Shown here: piece by piece, positions 28,243 to 37,921 of the stretch | Numbering within the stretch: position 1 is the stretch's first letter | Layout: every line of letters begins with the position of its first letter | NCBI GenBank assembly: GCA_043823065.1 | Contig: JBDRBB010000006.1 | Location: forward strand, 140,359 to 204,358 | Reading direction: 5' to 3' | Source of the DNA: Pseudomonadota bacterium | GTDB lineage: Bacteria; UBA10199; 2-02-FULL-44-16; DYJF01 | Length of the DNA stretch: 64,000 bases | Position numbers and translations under genes: made by a program | Notes under the pieces: generated by a model | Databases searched by the model: none | Told to the model about the DNA's origin: nothing | What the model saw: the letters and a program-made list of their open reading frames with translations, nothing else

Positions 28243-30273
28243 AAATATTAGTTCAGCAAGGTCGTAAACTTGAAGATTTTGGGCGTTTTTTTCCTTAATG
28301 GCATCTTCCAGCATGGTTAGGCAGAAAGGACAGGTTGTGGCCACGATCTTGGCTGAAGTTTTTTGGATATCTTCCAAGCGTTTATGATTAACCCGGGTAC
28401 CTATATTCTCTTCCAACCACATCCGTCCACCACCAGCACCGCAACACCTACCAAAATCCTTACTCAAATCCATCTCCTCTAATTCAAGCCCAGGAATGGC
28501 CTTAATAATATCCCGGGGCGCCTGGTAAATATTATTATAGCGGCCTAAATAGCAGGAGTCGTGAAAGGTGATAGTAGTGTTGTCATTCTCGCAAAGGCGG
28601 GAATCCCCTTTTTCCCTCTGGATCCCCGCTTTCGCGGGGATGACACCTGGAGCGGGGATGACACCTGGAGCGGGGATAACACCTTTCGCAATTAAATTAG
28701 CAAGTAATTGACTATGATGAATCACTTCATAGTTGCCACCAAATTGGGGAAACTCATTTTTAATCGTATTAAAACAATGCGGGCAAGTGGTGATAATCTT
28801 TTTCACGCCATATTTATTGAATGTGGCAATATTTTCTTTGGCCAACATTTGAAATAAATATTCATTACCCAAGCGCCTGGCTGAATCACCTGTACACTTT
28901 TCCTCAACACCTAAAATGCCAAAACTTACTTTTGCTTTTTGCAAAATTTTTACCAAAGCCTTGGAAACTTTTTTGGCACGGTCATCAAAAGAACCAGCAC
29001 ATCCTACAAAATATAAATATTCTACATTAGGATCTTCAGCCAAAGTTTTTACCCCAAGATCTTTGGCCCAATCTGCCCTGGTTTCATAACCCAAGCCCCA
29101 AGGGTTAGAATTGGTTTCTATATTTTTTAAAGCAGTTTGCGCTTCTTTAGAAACTTCACCTTTCATCAAAACCAGGTTGCGCCGCATATCCACGATCTTA
29201 TCCACATATTCAATAAACACTGGGCAAACTTCTTCACAGGCTCGGCAAGTTGTGCAGGACCACAATACTTCAGGCTCAATTGGCTTAGGCACTAAACTAG
29301 AAAGATTTTGCGGGGATCTAATAATTTGTTTGGCGTTTTCAAAAAGTTGATCTCGCAAATCTAAGATAAACTTTTTAGGAGAAAGTGGTTTATCTGTGGC
29401 CCAAGCAGGGCACTGATCTTCACACCTGCCACATTCTGTGCAACTATACATATCTAAATATTGCTTCCAACTAAACTCATTAATTTTTTCCACGCCAAAA
29501 CTTGTAGCTGATTCCTCTTCCAAATCCATTTTGGAAAGTGCGCCATAACTAGTTAGGCGCCTCAAAAAAACATTGGGAATGGCTGTTATAATGTGAAAGT
29601 GTTTGCCATAAGGAAGATAGTTTAGAAAAACCAAAATGCCTATGCAGTGAATAAAATAATTAAGCACATAAAAAGTATAAAACGTATTTACTGACCAGCC
29701 ACTTTCATGAAAAAGTTTTCCCACAAACCAGGCCACCGGCATCCAATAAGCATTGGCCGGCGCTTCAGCAGCAATAATCGCTCCCTCCATCAAAAAATCA
29801 GTGATCATTAAAATGGCAATGGCAATTAAAATAAAATTTGCTTCCCAGGAAATAGTTAGGCGCTTGGGTTTAATAATCAAACGTCTGTAAAGAAGCGCGC
29901 AACAAGCAACCAATACCAAGAGTTCAAAGATATCTTTACTAAGATTATATAGATCACCCCAGATACCGGTCATTAAAGGCAAGGTAAAATAAGGATCAAA
30001 GGCTTGGCCAAAAAGAATAATGGTTCTAGCGGCAACTGTTAAAAATCCCCAAAACACAAAAGCATGCATCAGGCCCCAAAATTTTTCCCGTTTAAACAGC
30101 AGCCGGAACTGGCCAAAGGCATAATTCCAGGTGGTCCAAATTCTGGTCCACAAATGATCAAAGCGTTTTTCTTTTCCTTTGGCCCTTAAAAGCAGCAAAA
30201 ACCGGCGGTAGGCGCTCCAGGTAAAAACCAGGAGGCCTATCGCCAAAATTATTGCCATGGGAATGGGAAACAT
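28207..30273 (-). CDS. Membrane Fe-S oxidoreductase (FadF/HdrD-like, CCG domains)
   Basis: N-terminal TM region, CTECGRC and CTTCRAC ferredoxin motifs, FHDSCY and CCGAGGG. Confidence 0.9.
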   Translation of the reverse strand: MFPIPMAIILAIGLLVFTWSAYRRFLLLLRAKGKEKRFDHLWTRIWTTWNYAFGQFRLLFKREKFWGLMHAFVFWGFLTVAARTIILFGQAFDPYFTLPLMTGIWGDLYNLSKDIFELLVLVACCALLYRRLIIKPKRLTISWEANFILIAIAILMITDFLMEGAIIAAEAPANAYWMPVAWFVGKLFHESGWSVNTFYTFYVLNYFIHCIGILVFLNYLPYGKHFHIITAIPNVFLRRLTSYGALSKMDLEEESATSFGVEKINEFSWKQYLDMYSCTECGRCEDQCPAWATDKPLSPKKFILDLRDQLFENAKQIIRSPQNLSSLVPKPIEPEVLWSCTTCRACEEVCPVFIEYVDKIVDMRRNLVLMKGEVSKEAQTALKNIETNSNPWGLGYETRADWAKDLGVKTLAEDPNVEYLYFVGCAGSFDDRAKKVSKALVKILQKAKVSFGILGVEEKCTGDSARRLGNEYLFQMLAKENIATFNKYGVKKIITTCPHCFNTIKNEFPQFGGNYEVIHHSQLLANLIAKGVIPAPGVIPAPGVIPAKAGIQREKGDSRLCENDNTTITFHDSCYLGRYNNIYQAPRDIIKAIPGLELEEMDLSKDFGRCCGAGGGRMWLEENIGTRVNHKRLEDIQKTSAKIVATTCPFCLTMLEDAIKEKNAQNLQVYDLAELIFGDVSPLANLLD
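28581..28684. repeat. GTCATYCYCGC-type palindromic repeat plus 18-bp tandem, in frame inside the CDS
   Basis: Same family as intergenic 58423-58479; translated as [34 protein letters not shown]. Confidence 0.85.
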
Positions 30274-30290
30274 GATTTAATGAGAATAAT

Positions 30291-30322
30291 AAAAAGCCAG
30301 TAGGTTGTAAAGCTACTGGCTT
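30291..30322 (-). terminator. Intrinsic terminator
   Basis: AAAAGCCAGTAG...CTACTGGCTT hairpin downstream of the 30342 gene. Confidence 0.65.
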
Positions 30323-30341
30323 CAATTATCACATTTCCCTG

Positions 30342-31319
30342 CTATTCTTCTAAACCTTGTTGTTGCTGATTTCTAATTCGCTCTTGTTCCTGGTTGTATT
30401 CCTGATCTGGATCATGGCAGGTAACGCTTGTTGCTCCAAAATCTCTAACTGTGAAACCCCAATTATATTCTTGAGCCAAAGGCTCTCCCAAAGTATTTAA
30501 TATACTTTCAGAGTCTGCTGGAACAACCACTGTAATCTGAGAGCCAAGCTCAAATCCTCCGCTTGGCAAAAATTTCACTATATATTCTGTTATTCCGGAT
30601 TCCTGATCTAACACTTCTTCGTAAATGAATATGCCTTCAACCAGAGACCCATCAGCATCTGTAATGATAATTGTATTCTCATTAATTGTTGCCTCATCAA
30701 GGGCCTGACTAAATACTATTTTGATTGGCCTGCAAGGAGCAACCAATTGATGTCCATCAAACGGTCTGACTTTCACAATGGAAAAAACTGTAGGATCATA
30801 AGCTGCGCAACTTTCCAATTCTGCGAAATCACAATCTGGACCCAAAGCAGATCTAAAACCATTTCTACCCAATCCTTCTTGGTCACCTTGCATTATCATA
30901 TAACCATTTTTATACTGCATTTGCCCTAAATCAAGGTCTTCACCTTGTTCCAATCTAAACGCTCTTTCACCATTAACCTCTAAGTGAGACTTAAGCTCAC
31001 CAACATTGTTATAAAAACCTATCATCCAAGTGCCAGCGCGCAATCTGATCTGCCACCTGTTATTGGCTCTAGTAAGTTCACCATTTTCCCCCTCACCTAA
31101 AGTATTCATTGCCCTGATGCTGCAGACTGTATCTATACAATCAGCCTCGTTTTCTGCTGGCTGCACATTTGCTGATTTTAACACCAAACTACTTTCGGCA
31201 GTAATGATCTCACCAGATATTAATCTAGTGGTTGCATCTGTGGTATTATCGCTGGCTAACCCACAGCCAGCTAAGACCAGAACTACACCAAACATAATTG
31301 TTAAAATTTTATATTTCAT
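30342..31319 (-). CDS. Lipoprotein with C-terminal Ig-like (Big_5-type) domain
   Basis: Lipobox LAGC; IKIVFSQALDEATIN...YNWGFT Ig-like pattern; start at ATG 31319 with a GAGGA RBS. Confidence 0.7.
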   Translation of the reverse strand: MKYKILTIMFGVVLVLAGCGLASDNTTDATTRLISGEIITAESSLVLKSANVQPAENEADCIDTVCSIRAMNTLGEGENGELTRANNRWQIRLRAGTWMIGFYNNVGELKSHLEVNGERAFRLEQGEDLDLGQMQYKNGYMIMQGDQEGLGRNGFRSALGPDCDFAELESCAAYDPTVFSIVKVRPFDGHQLVAPCRPIKIVFSQALDEATINENTIIITDADGSLVEGIFIYEEVLDQESGITEYIVKFLPSGGFELGSQITVVVPADSESILNTLGEPLAQEYNWGFTVRDFGATSVTCHDPDQEYNQEQERIRNQQQQGLEE

Positions 31320-31427
31320 AAAATCCTCCTTATTTAACCTGCAGTGCTGTTTATAATAAATTTTCATGAGCACCTCCTTTCAAGACTATTGTACAACAAA
31401 CCTGTGACAGAGGCACCTGAAAATAAT

Positions 31428-31456
31428 AAAAACCGCATTCATATTGAATGCGGTCT
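31428..31456 (-). terminator. Intrinsic terminator
   Basis: AAAAACCGCATTCA-TAT-TGAATGCGGT hairpin. Confidence 0.65.
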
Positions 31457-31539
31457 ATTTCTACAACTATTTGATTTACTTGATTTTTTATTAAATTAAT
31501 TTATTAAAATATGTTGATTTTGACTTTATATGTACTTCA

Positions 31540-32001
31540 TCATTGTCCCTGCCTCATTTGCTGCCTTGGTTCATTTTCTGGCCTAAACTCGCCATTTTGG
31601 CGAGTTACCAAACCCATATCGATAACTTCGCCTCCGGGTTGATTAAAATCTATCTCTAAACGATTACTGCGATTACCCTGGTCATCTTGCTCAAAACTAA
31701 ATGCCCCAAGATTTTGAAAAGCAAAATATACATATAATGAATAGTAATACCCAACTGGCACGCTTAAATTAAAGAATCCTTCCAAATCTACTTCAGAGGT
31801 AAATTCAGTTAAATTCTCATCAATGGCTTTAACAACCACCAAACCTGTATCAACCTGAGCTAGATCAGCATCAAGACTAGCCAGGTTTAGCTGACCGGTT
31901 AAAATCACAGTGCCTGTAGGATTACCCACATCAGTTAATCCGCCGCAACCTGCAAATTGCAGCAATAACAAACTTAAAAATATGAGAACAATTTTTTTCA
32001 T
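31540..32001 (-). CDS. Lipoprotein of unknown function
   Basis: FAGC lipobox followed by TDVGNP. Confidence 0.75.
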   Translation of the reverse strand: MKKIVLIFLSLLLLQFAGCGGLTDVGNPTGTVILTGQLNLASLDADLAQVDTGLVVVKAIDENLTEFTSEVDLEGFFNLSVPVGYYYSLYVYFAFQNLGAFSFEQDDQGNRSNRLEIDFNQPGGEVIDMGLVTRQNGEFRPENEPRQQMRQGQ

Positions 32002-32003
32002 AA

Positions 32004-32840
32004 TTATTCCTTTAATTTGGTTAAACGAAATAATTGTATTCCTAACTGATATACTTCATCATCATTATTTTTGACTGTTCTGTTTTCAAAATAATTTATA
32101 ACTTGCTTTCTAAAATCATTAACCAAAGCTGTTATTTCCACAACATCTTCTGGCCCGCAAGAAAACGTCAACCCAGCAAAATTACGTTCCTCTGGTTTTT
32201 GTTTGTGCAAAGCATCTTTAGCAGCTTCCAGCATTTGTTCATGATATAAATAGACAGCAGCTTCTAAAGATTCTGGGCCGGTTGATACTATATTAGATGT
32301 TTGCTTCAAATATCCGCTTTCATCATATTTTAATAAATCTAATTCTATCAGTTTTTTAATAGCTTCTTTAATCTGCTTGGGTGTTAAACCATTACCAATA
32401 CGCTTTGCTAAAAATTGAGGGTCTGGCTTAAAATCTTTGGTGGCAGCCAATTCCCGCAAAACAGGAAAATACCATTTGGTAAGATATTCATATTGATTGT
32501 GTTTAAGTGTTTCATTGTATTTTTTAAAAAACAAAGAAATTTCCTGTAAATACCTAGTTTTAGACTCTGAAGTGTTAGCTTGATTAAATTTTACCAGTAA
32601 TTCAAAATATTTTTTTTCGCGCAGCTTTAATTTCAAAATCTTGAAAAAAATCGGCAAAGTTGACTCTGTAATATTTCTTTTGCCCTGAATAATTAACTGC
32701 AATTGATTGGGAGAATGTAAACCTCCCCATCTGGAAAAGGCTCGAAAAGAAAAAGCTTCATTGGTCTGCTTCATCCAGTCATACCAGTCTTTAAGATAGG
32801 CCCGATAATTATCGTATTTGAAGATATTTGGTTTGGCCAT
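32004..32840 (-). CDS. TIGR02147-family protein (HTH + DUF4423-like)
   Basis: IFKYDNYRAYLKDWY...FSFRAF...GKRN; WYFPVLREL; VYQLGIQLF. Confidence 0.88.
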   Translation of the reverse strand: MAKPNIFKYDNYRAYLKDWYDWMKQTNEAFSFRAFSRWGGLHSPNQLQLIIQGKRNITESTLPIFFKILKLKLREKKYFELLVKFNQANTSESKTRYLQEISLFFKKYNETLKHNQYEYLTKWYFPVLRELAATKDFKPDPQFLAKRIGNGLTPKQIKEAIKKLIELDLLKYDESGYLKQTSNIVSTGPESLEAAVYLYHEQMLEAAKDALHKQKPEERNFAGLTFSCGPEDVVEITALVNDFRKQVINYFENRTVKNNDDEVYQLGIQLFRLTKLKE

Positions 32841-32964
32841 AATCACCTCACTAGCTATATTTTCTCACATCCCATACTAATATGATATAGAAATTTTGAA
32901 TTTAGGGCATTCAAGTTGAATACATCAACCTATTCATAACTATTCAAAATGATTCATTTAAAAT

Positions 32965-32996
32965 AAAAACCCGGCATGATTTATGCCGGGTTTTTT
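32965..32996. terminator. Intrinsic terminator
   Basis: AAAAACCCGGCAT...ATGCCGGGTTTTTT. Confidence 0.8.
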
Positions 32997-33010
32997 GTTA
33001 ACTCATATTA

Positions 33011-33099
33011 TCCTTCGACAAGCTCAGGATGAACGGAACATCCTAATGAACGGAACATCCAAGCAACCGTTCATGCTGAGCCTGTCGAAGCATGAACGG
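33011..33099. repeat. REP-like element (CCTTCGACAAGCTCAGG / CTGAGCCTGTCGAAG class)
   Basis: Inverted arms with an internal ATGAACGGAACATCC duplication. Confidence 0.75.
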
Positions 33100-33106
33100 T
33101 GTAAAT

Positions 33107-34915
33107 TTAGTTACAGTCACGGTTATACGGACATTCATCCATGAAATCTAGGACGCTGTCAGCATCGTCATCTGGGTCGCAAACATCGCCGTAGCCGTCT
33201 CCTGCTGGCCAACCCAAGCCAGCATTAGCTGCAAACAAGGCATCAAAATTCAGCTGATCAACATTAACCATAAACGGACAATTATCAGCATCGTTTAACA
33301 TAGTATCATTATCCATGTCTGGGTCGCAAACATTGCCAATGCCGTCATTATCAATATCTATCTGAGATGGAGCATCTGCTGCTGGATTGAAGTTGGCATT
33401 AAACTGGCAATTATCATCGCACAGGTTACCTGGTCCACGACCGGAATTTCCTCCACCAGACGACCCATAACCCCGGCAAGGATTGTCACCAATCACGCCA
33501 CTTGCATCACCATCATCATATAATCCGTCATTGTCATCATCCACATCGCAGACATCGCCGCCAGTGGTTTCATCTAGAGGATCATAAACATCACCATCAT
33601 TGTTGGCTTGATCTAAGTTCACATCATAAGGACAGTTATCAGCCAGGTCTAGCACTGTATCATTGTCATCATCTGGATCGCAGGCATCGCCTGGGCCATC
33701 GCTGTCATTGTCTTCCTGGCCTGGGTTGGAATCCATCTGGCAATTGTCTGCAACATCTTCCACACCATCATTATCATCATCTACATCGCAAACATCGCCT
33801 TGGGCATCGCCATCGTTATTGGCTTGATCAGCATTTGGAATAACTAGACAATTATCTCCAGCATTATTTACGCCATCTCCATCCATGTCATTATCGCAAG
33901 CATCACCCAAACCATCACCATCAATGTCTGATTGATCTGTGTTGGCAGTTAATAAACAGTTATCAATGGCATCAGTAATACCATCGCCATCATCATCTGT
34001 ATCGCAAGCATCGCCAAAGCCATCACCGTCTGTATCTGTTTGATCTGCATTAGGTACGCGGCGACAATTATCTACTCCATCTAACTCGCCATCATTGTCA
34101 TCATCTTCATCGCAAGCATCACCAAAACCATCGCCATCTGTATCTACTTGATCGTTATTAGCAATGATCGGGCAATTATCAGCAGCATTGAGCACGCCGT
34201 CATTGTCAAAATCATCATCGCAGGCATTGCCGATGCCATCGCCATCGCCGTCTTCCTGGCCTGGATTGGCCACTACCCGACAATTGTCATCATCATTTAA
34301 CACACCATCTTCATCTGCATCTGGATCACAAACATCACCTAAACCATCACCGTCAGCATCATTTTGAGCCGGGTTACCCAAGACAGGGCAATTATCAGTA
34401 GCATTATCTACACCATCTCCATCCCAATCATCATCGCAGTCATCGCCAATGCCGTCACCATCTAGATCTGCTTGATCTAGGTTTGGAGTATCCACGCAAT
34501 TATCAAGTCCATCGCCAATTGTATCACCATCTGCATCGTTAAAAACTTCATCGCAAGCATCGCCAATGCCGTCGCCATCTAGATCTGCTTGAGTATTGTT
34601 AACAGTATTGGGACAATTATCAGAACCATTGGCCACTGCATCGCCGTCACGGTCGTTGTCGCAAACATCACCTTCACCATCTGAATCCATATCCAGTTGA
34701 TCTGGATTGGCTGCGTTAGGACAATTGTCCAGATTGTCTTCAATGCCATCGCCGTCTGTGTCTATTGCTGCATCAACAGCTGGCGCTGGTGGTTCAGGCA
34801 CCCAATCAGGATCTATTAACTGGCCACTAGTATTACCATTTCTACCACAACCAGCGCTGATCAAAGCTGTTAAAAAAATACCTATTATTAAGGTACCAAA
34901 AATGCTTTTTTTCAT
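33107..34915 (-). CDS. Thrombospondin type-3 repeat lipoprotein
   Basis: Lipobox SAGC; about 13 DNC..N.DQ.D.DGDG.GDACD repeats. Confidence 0.92.
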   Translation of the reverse strand: MKKSIFGTLIIGIFLTALISAGCGRNGNTSGQLIDPDWVPEPPAPAVDAAIDTDGDGIEDNLDNCPNAANPDQLDMDSDGEGDVCDNDRDGDAVANGSDNCPNTVNNTQADLDGDGIGDACDEVFNDADGDTIGDGLDNCVDTPNLDQADLDGDGIGDDCDDDWDGDGVDNATDNCPVLGNPAQNDADGDGLGDVCDPDADEDGVLNDDDNCRVVANPGQEDGDGDGIGNACDDDFDNDGVLNAADNCPIIANNDQVDTDGDGFGDACDEDDDNDGELDGVDNCRRVPNADQTDTDGDGFGDACDTDDDGDGITDAIDNCLLTANTDQSDIDGDGLGDACDNDMDGDGVNNAGDNCLVIPNADQANNDGDAQGDVCDVDDDNDGVEDVADNCQMDSNPGQEDNDSDGPGDACDPDDDNDTVLDLADNCPYDVNLDQANNDGDVYDPLDETTGGDVCDVDDDNDGLYDDGDASGVIGDNPCRGYGSSGGGNSGRGPGNLCDDNCQFNANFNPAADAPSQIDIDNDGIGNVCDPDMDNDTMLNDADNCPFMVNVDQLNFDALFAANAGLGWPAGDGYGDVCDPDDDADSVLDFMDECPYNRDCN

Positions 34916-35035
34916 CTCCCCCTCCTATATAACATATTGATTTTATTAATGAAAAATGCTTTGACCAAGAGGATATCAAAAATATCCTTATTAGTCAAAG
35001 CGTTTGAAGGAATACTGAAGGTAAAATATGATGTT

Positions 35036-36724
35036 TTATAATATTGCTGGTTTTCTTCTATTATTATCAGCTACGCGGCTGCCCCAGCTCAACAAGTTTT
35101 TATTGCAATCATTGCGATCCAGCACCACTTCAATAAAGCAAAGCCCATCGTGCTTTTTGGCCTTAGCTATGGCTGCGCCTAATTCAGCAATATTAGTCAC
35201 CCGGCAACCCCAACCATTGCCTTCACCAGCGCCAAACACATTTACTAAATCTGCATAACGCCAATTTTTAATATCATTATATGGACCATCGTGAATTTCA
35301 ACTTCAATAGTATAACCGCCATTGTTCATGAGAAAAATGATTGGCTTTAAGTTGTAACGAATCATGGTGGAAATTTCCTGGGCAGTCATTTGAAAAGAAC
35401 CATCACCAATAAAAGCAATGGGCCTGCGTTTTTCTTTGCTGCCTAGTTCATAACCCAAGGTGGCACCTACTGACCAGCCAATGGAACCATATTGCATTTG
35501 AATTTCAAATTTGGTGGTTTTGGGCAGTTTCAAGCGCATGGCATTAAACCAGGAATCACCTGTTTCAGCAATCACCACATTTTTGTTAAGCATTTTTTGG
35601 ACATGCGTAAATAAAAGCCTGGTGGAAATTGGTGTTTTGGGATTTTTAGGATCGCGCGGATTAGGTTCTTCACCTTTAATCCTTTTATAAGCATCCATGG
35701 CTGCAGTATTTTTTTTAATCTTTTTGGCCAGAGCTGCTAAAAAATCTGGCATGGTCACATCATCATAAGTTTGACCAGCAACTTTCACACTCCTGTGACC
35801 AGCATAAATTAATTTATTAGGATCAATTAAAGTAGAATTGCCAGTAGTGGTGTAGTCAGTAAAAATTGGTCCGGCAAATAAATAAGCATCGCTAGATTCC
35901 ACCACAGCACCGCAACCAGGAGAACTCACCGGCCCCCAATATGTGCCAATATAATGGCTGTCTTCTTCTGAATAAAAACCTTTGGCATTAGGCATGGTAG
36001 CTACAGGGTATCCAGAGGAGTGTGCTAATTTTTGAAACGCGTTAATTCCGCCCCAAGAACGAAGTTTTGGTCCAGCTACTAAAACTGGTTTGGTTGCTTT
36101 GTTTAAAAAAGAAGCTGCATGTTCCACTGCATCATTTAAAGCGACTTTATCGCTGGCTAAAGCATGATTAAACTCGCGCTTGCAGGGTGCGGAAACTTCC
36201 AGGGCCGGAATATTGCAAGCAATCTCTAAATAAACTGGTTTTTTGGTGCGCAAAGCAGTTTCAATGGCCTGATCAATTTGCACAGGCGCATCAGCCAGAT
36301 GATGCACAATCACTGCATCAGCAGTAATGGGTCGGAACATATCGCGCACATAAGTATAGTTTACTTCAGCTAAAGTGTGATGCAAAAGCTGATTTTCATT
36401 TTCCGAATTAGTGTTCGGCGCGCCAGAAATTACAATCATGGGCAAATCTTCAGCATAGGCGCCAGCCACAGCATTGATGGCGCTTAAACCGCCTACACTA
36501 TATGTAACAATAAGCGCGGAAACGCCGTTAGCCCTGGCATAGCCATCTGCAGCATACCCGGCATTGAGCTCATTACAACAACTAATCATTTGCATTTTGG
36601 GGTGTTTGAGAAACTCATCCAGCAAAGCCAGGTTATAATCACCTGGAATGGCAAAATAGTGGCGCACCCCAACTTGCTCTAAACGGGTGGCAAGATAGGA
36701 ACCTAAGGTTACTTTGTTGGGCAT
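35036..36724 (-). CDS. pdc: Pyruvate decarboxylase-like ThDP-dependent alpha-keto acid decarboxylase
   Basis: PGDYNL, CCNELN, LHHTL, GDGSFQ, YTIEVEIHDGPYN, WGSRV; Zymomonas/Acetobacter-type motifs. Confidence 0.8.
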   Translation of the reverse strand: MPNKVTLGSYLATRLEQVGVRHYFAIPGDYNLALLDEFLKHPKMQMISCCNELNAGYAADGYARANGVSALIVTYSVGGLSAINAVAGAYAEDLPMIVISGAPNTNSENENQLLHHTLAEVNYTYVRDMFRPITADAVIVHHLADAPVQIDQAIETALRTKKPVYLEIACNIPALEVSAPCKREFNHALASDKVALNDAVEHAASFLNKATKPVLVAGPKLRSWGGINAFQKLAHSSGYPVATMPNAKGFYSEEDSHYIGTYWGPVSSPGCGAVVESSDAYLFAGPIFTDYTTTGNSTLIDPNKLIYAGHRSVKVAGQTYDDVTMPDFLAALAKKIKKNTAAMDAYKRIKGEEPNPRDPKNPKTPISTRLLFTHVQKMLNKNVVIAETGDSWFNAMRLKLPKTTKFEIQMQYGSIGWSVGATLGYELGSKEKRRPIAFIGDGSFQMTAQEISTMIRYNLKPIIFLMNNGGYTIEVEIHDGPYNDIKNWRYADLVNVFGAGEGNGWGCRVTNIAELGAAIAKAKKHDGLCFIEVVLDRNDCNKNLLSWGSRVADNNRRKPAIL

Positions 36725-36781
36725 AAAACCTCCAAAAAAACTATTGACCTAAACCTTAAAAGTCTATGGTCTATTGTCCAA

Positions 36782-37147
36782 TTATACAGAGTATATAAGC
36801 AGTATACCTATGATTGCGGCAACTATAGGCATGAGGCGCAGTTTGGTATCTGGTAAATTATTAACCCAATCCAATATTGCATGCATTTTTTGCACGCCTA
36901 AAACAAAGATTAGAATTCCAGCGATCACTGCAATTACGCCAATTATGCCTGGAATCCAAGGCAGGCTTGCCTTTGGCGTGGCAATTAACAACAATGCGCC
37001 AAGTATTACCCGCACCACTCCGCCCAGGTAGCAACGGTTGCCCACTTTGGCAAAATCAATGAATTTACGGATTAGCTCTGGCTGCACCGTGAAAACAACG
37101 CCGATGACTAAGATTAAGATGCCAATTGTGGTTATAATGTGAACCAT
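36782..37147 (-). CDS. Small four-TM membrane protein
   Basis: Four hydrophobic segments; start at ATG 37147 with a GGGGG RBS. Confidence 0.7.
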   Translation of the reverse strand: MVHIITTIGILILVIGVVFTVQPELIRKFIDFAKVGNRCYLGGVVRVILGALLLIATPKASLPWIPGIIGVIAVIAGILIFVLGVQKMHAILDWVNNLPDTKLRLMPIVAAIIGILLIYSV

Positions 37148-37167
37148 GTTTCCCCCTATCTTTATAT

Positions 37168-37221
37168 TTCGAGCGAGCAAAGCGAGTCGAGAAAGAATTT
37201 ATTGTTCTCGACTGTGCTCGA
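37168..37221. repeat. REP-like element (TTCGAGCGAGC...TCGAGAA / TTCTCGAC..GCTCGAA)
   Basis: Intergenic imperfect palindrome. Confidence 0.6.
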
Positions 37222-37227
37222 ACAATA

Positions 37228-37797
37228 TTACTGGAACTTAACCTCAGGCACCTCTTTAGCGCCCTCGTCAGCCTTAAAATAAATATTTTCTCTGGTATAA
37301 CCAAACATACCAGCAATTAAGTTGTTGGGAAACATGCGCACAAAAGTATTATAGCTGCGAACTGCATCATTATAACGCTTGCGCTCTACAGCAATCCTGT
37401 TTTCTGTGCCAGCCAGTTCATCTTGCAGGGCTAAAAAGTTTTGATTAGCTTTTAAATCTGGATAACGTTCCACTACCAAAAGCAGTCTGCCTAACGCTGC
37501 TGATAGTTGATTATTGGCTTCTACTTTTTGGGGAATAGTCTGCGCCTGGCCAACTTTAGCCCGCGCTTCGGTAACATCGATAAACACTTTTTGCTCATGG
37601 CTAGCATAGCCTTTGACCGTATTCACCAAGTTGGGAATTAAATCATTGCGGCGCTGCAAAACGTTTTCCACTTGGGCCCAGGAAGTATCTACATTTTCAT
37701 TAAAGGCAACAATGTTGTTATATTTACCTACGCAACTTCCCCCCAAAATCAGGGCCACAAAAACTATTACTCCAATGATGATCCATTTCTTTTTCAT
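37228..37797 (-). CDS. lemA: LemA family protein
   Basis: QRRNDLIPNLV.TVKGY, ERYPDLKANQNF, LAGTENRI. Confidence 0.95.
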   Translation of the reverse strand: MKKKWIIIGVIVFVALILGGSCVGKYNNIVAFNENVDTSWAQVENVLQRRNDLIPNLVNTVKGYASHEQKVFIDVTEARAKVGQAQTIPQKVEANNQLSAALGRLLLVVERYPDLKANQNFLALQDELAGTENRIAVERKRYNDAVRSYNTFVRMFPNNLIAGMFGYTRENIYFKADEGAKEVPEVKFQ

Positions 37798-37845
37798 ATT
37801 CTCCTCCAATATTATAGAGCCGCCATGGGGCGGCAACCTTTTTTC

Positions 37846-37919
37846 CTCTCCCTTGAGGGGAGAGGCGGGGTGAGGGTGACCACCCCCTCCTTAATCCTCC
37901 CCCATCAAGGGGGAGGAAA
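37846..37919. repeat. REP-like element (CTCTCCC..GGGAGAGG..GGGTGAGGG class)
   Basis: Two GC-rich hairpins in inverted arrangement, intergenic. Confidence 0.7.
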
Positions 37920-37921
37920 TT

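Noticed and set aside
33502..33843. His-rich 113-aa ORF
   Set aside because: Antisense shadow of the Asp-rich TSP3 repeats. The other short ORFs nested in or antisense to long genes were dismissed on the same grounds.
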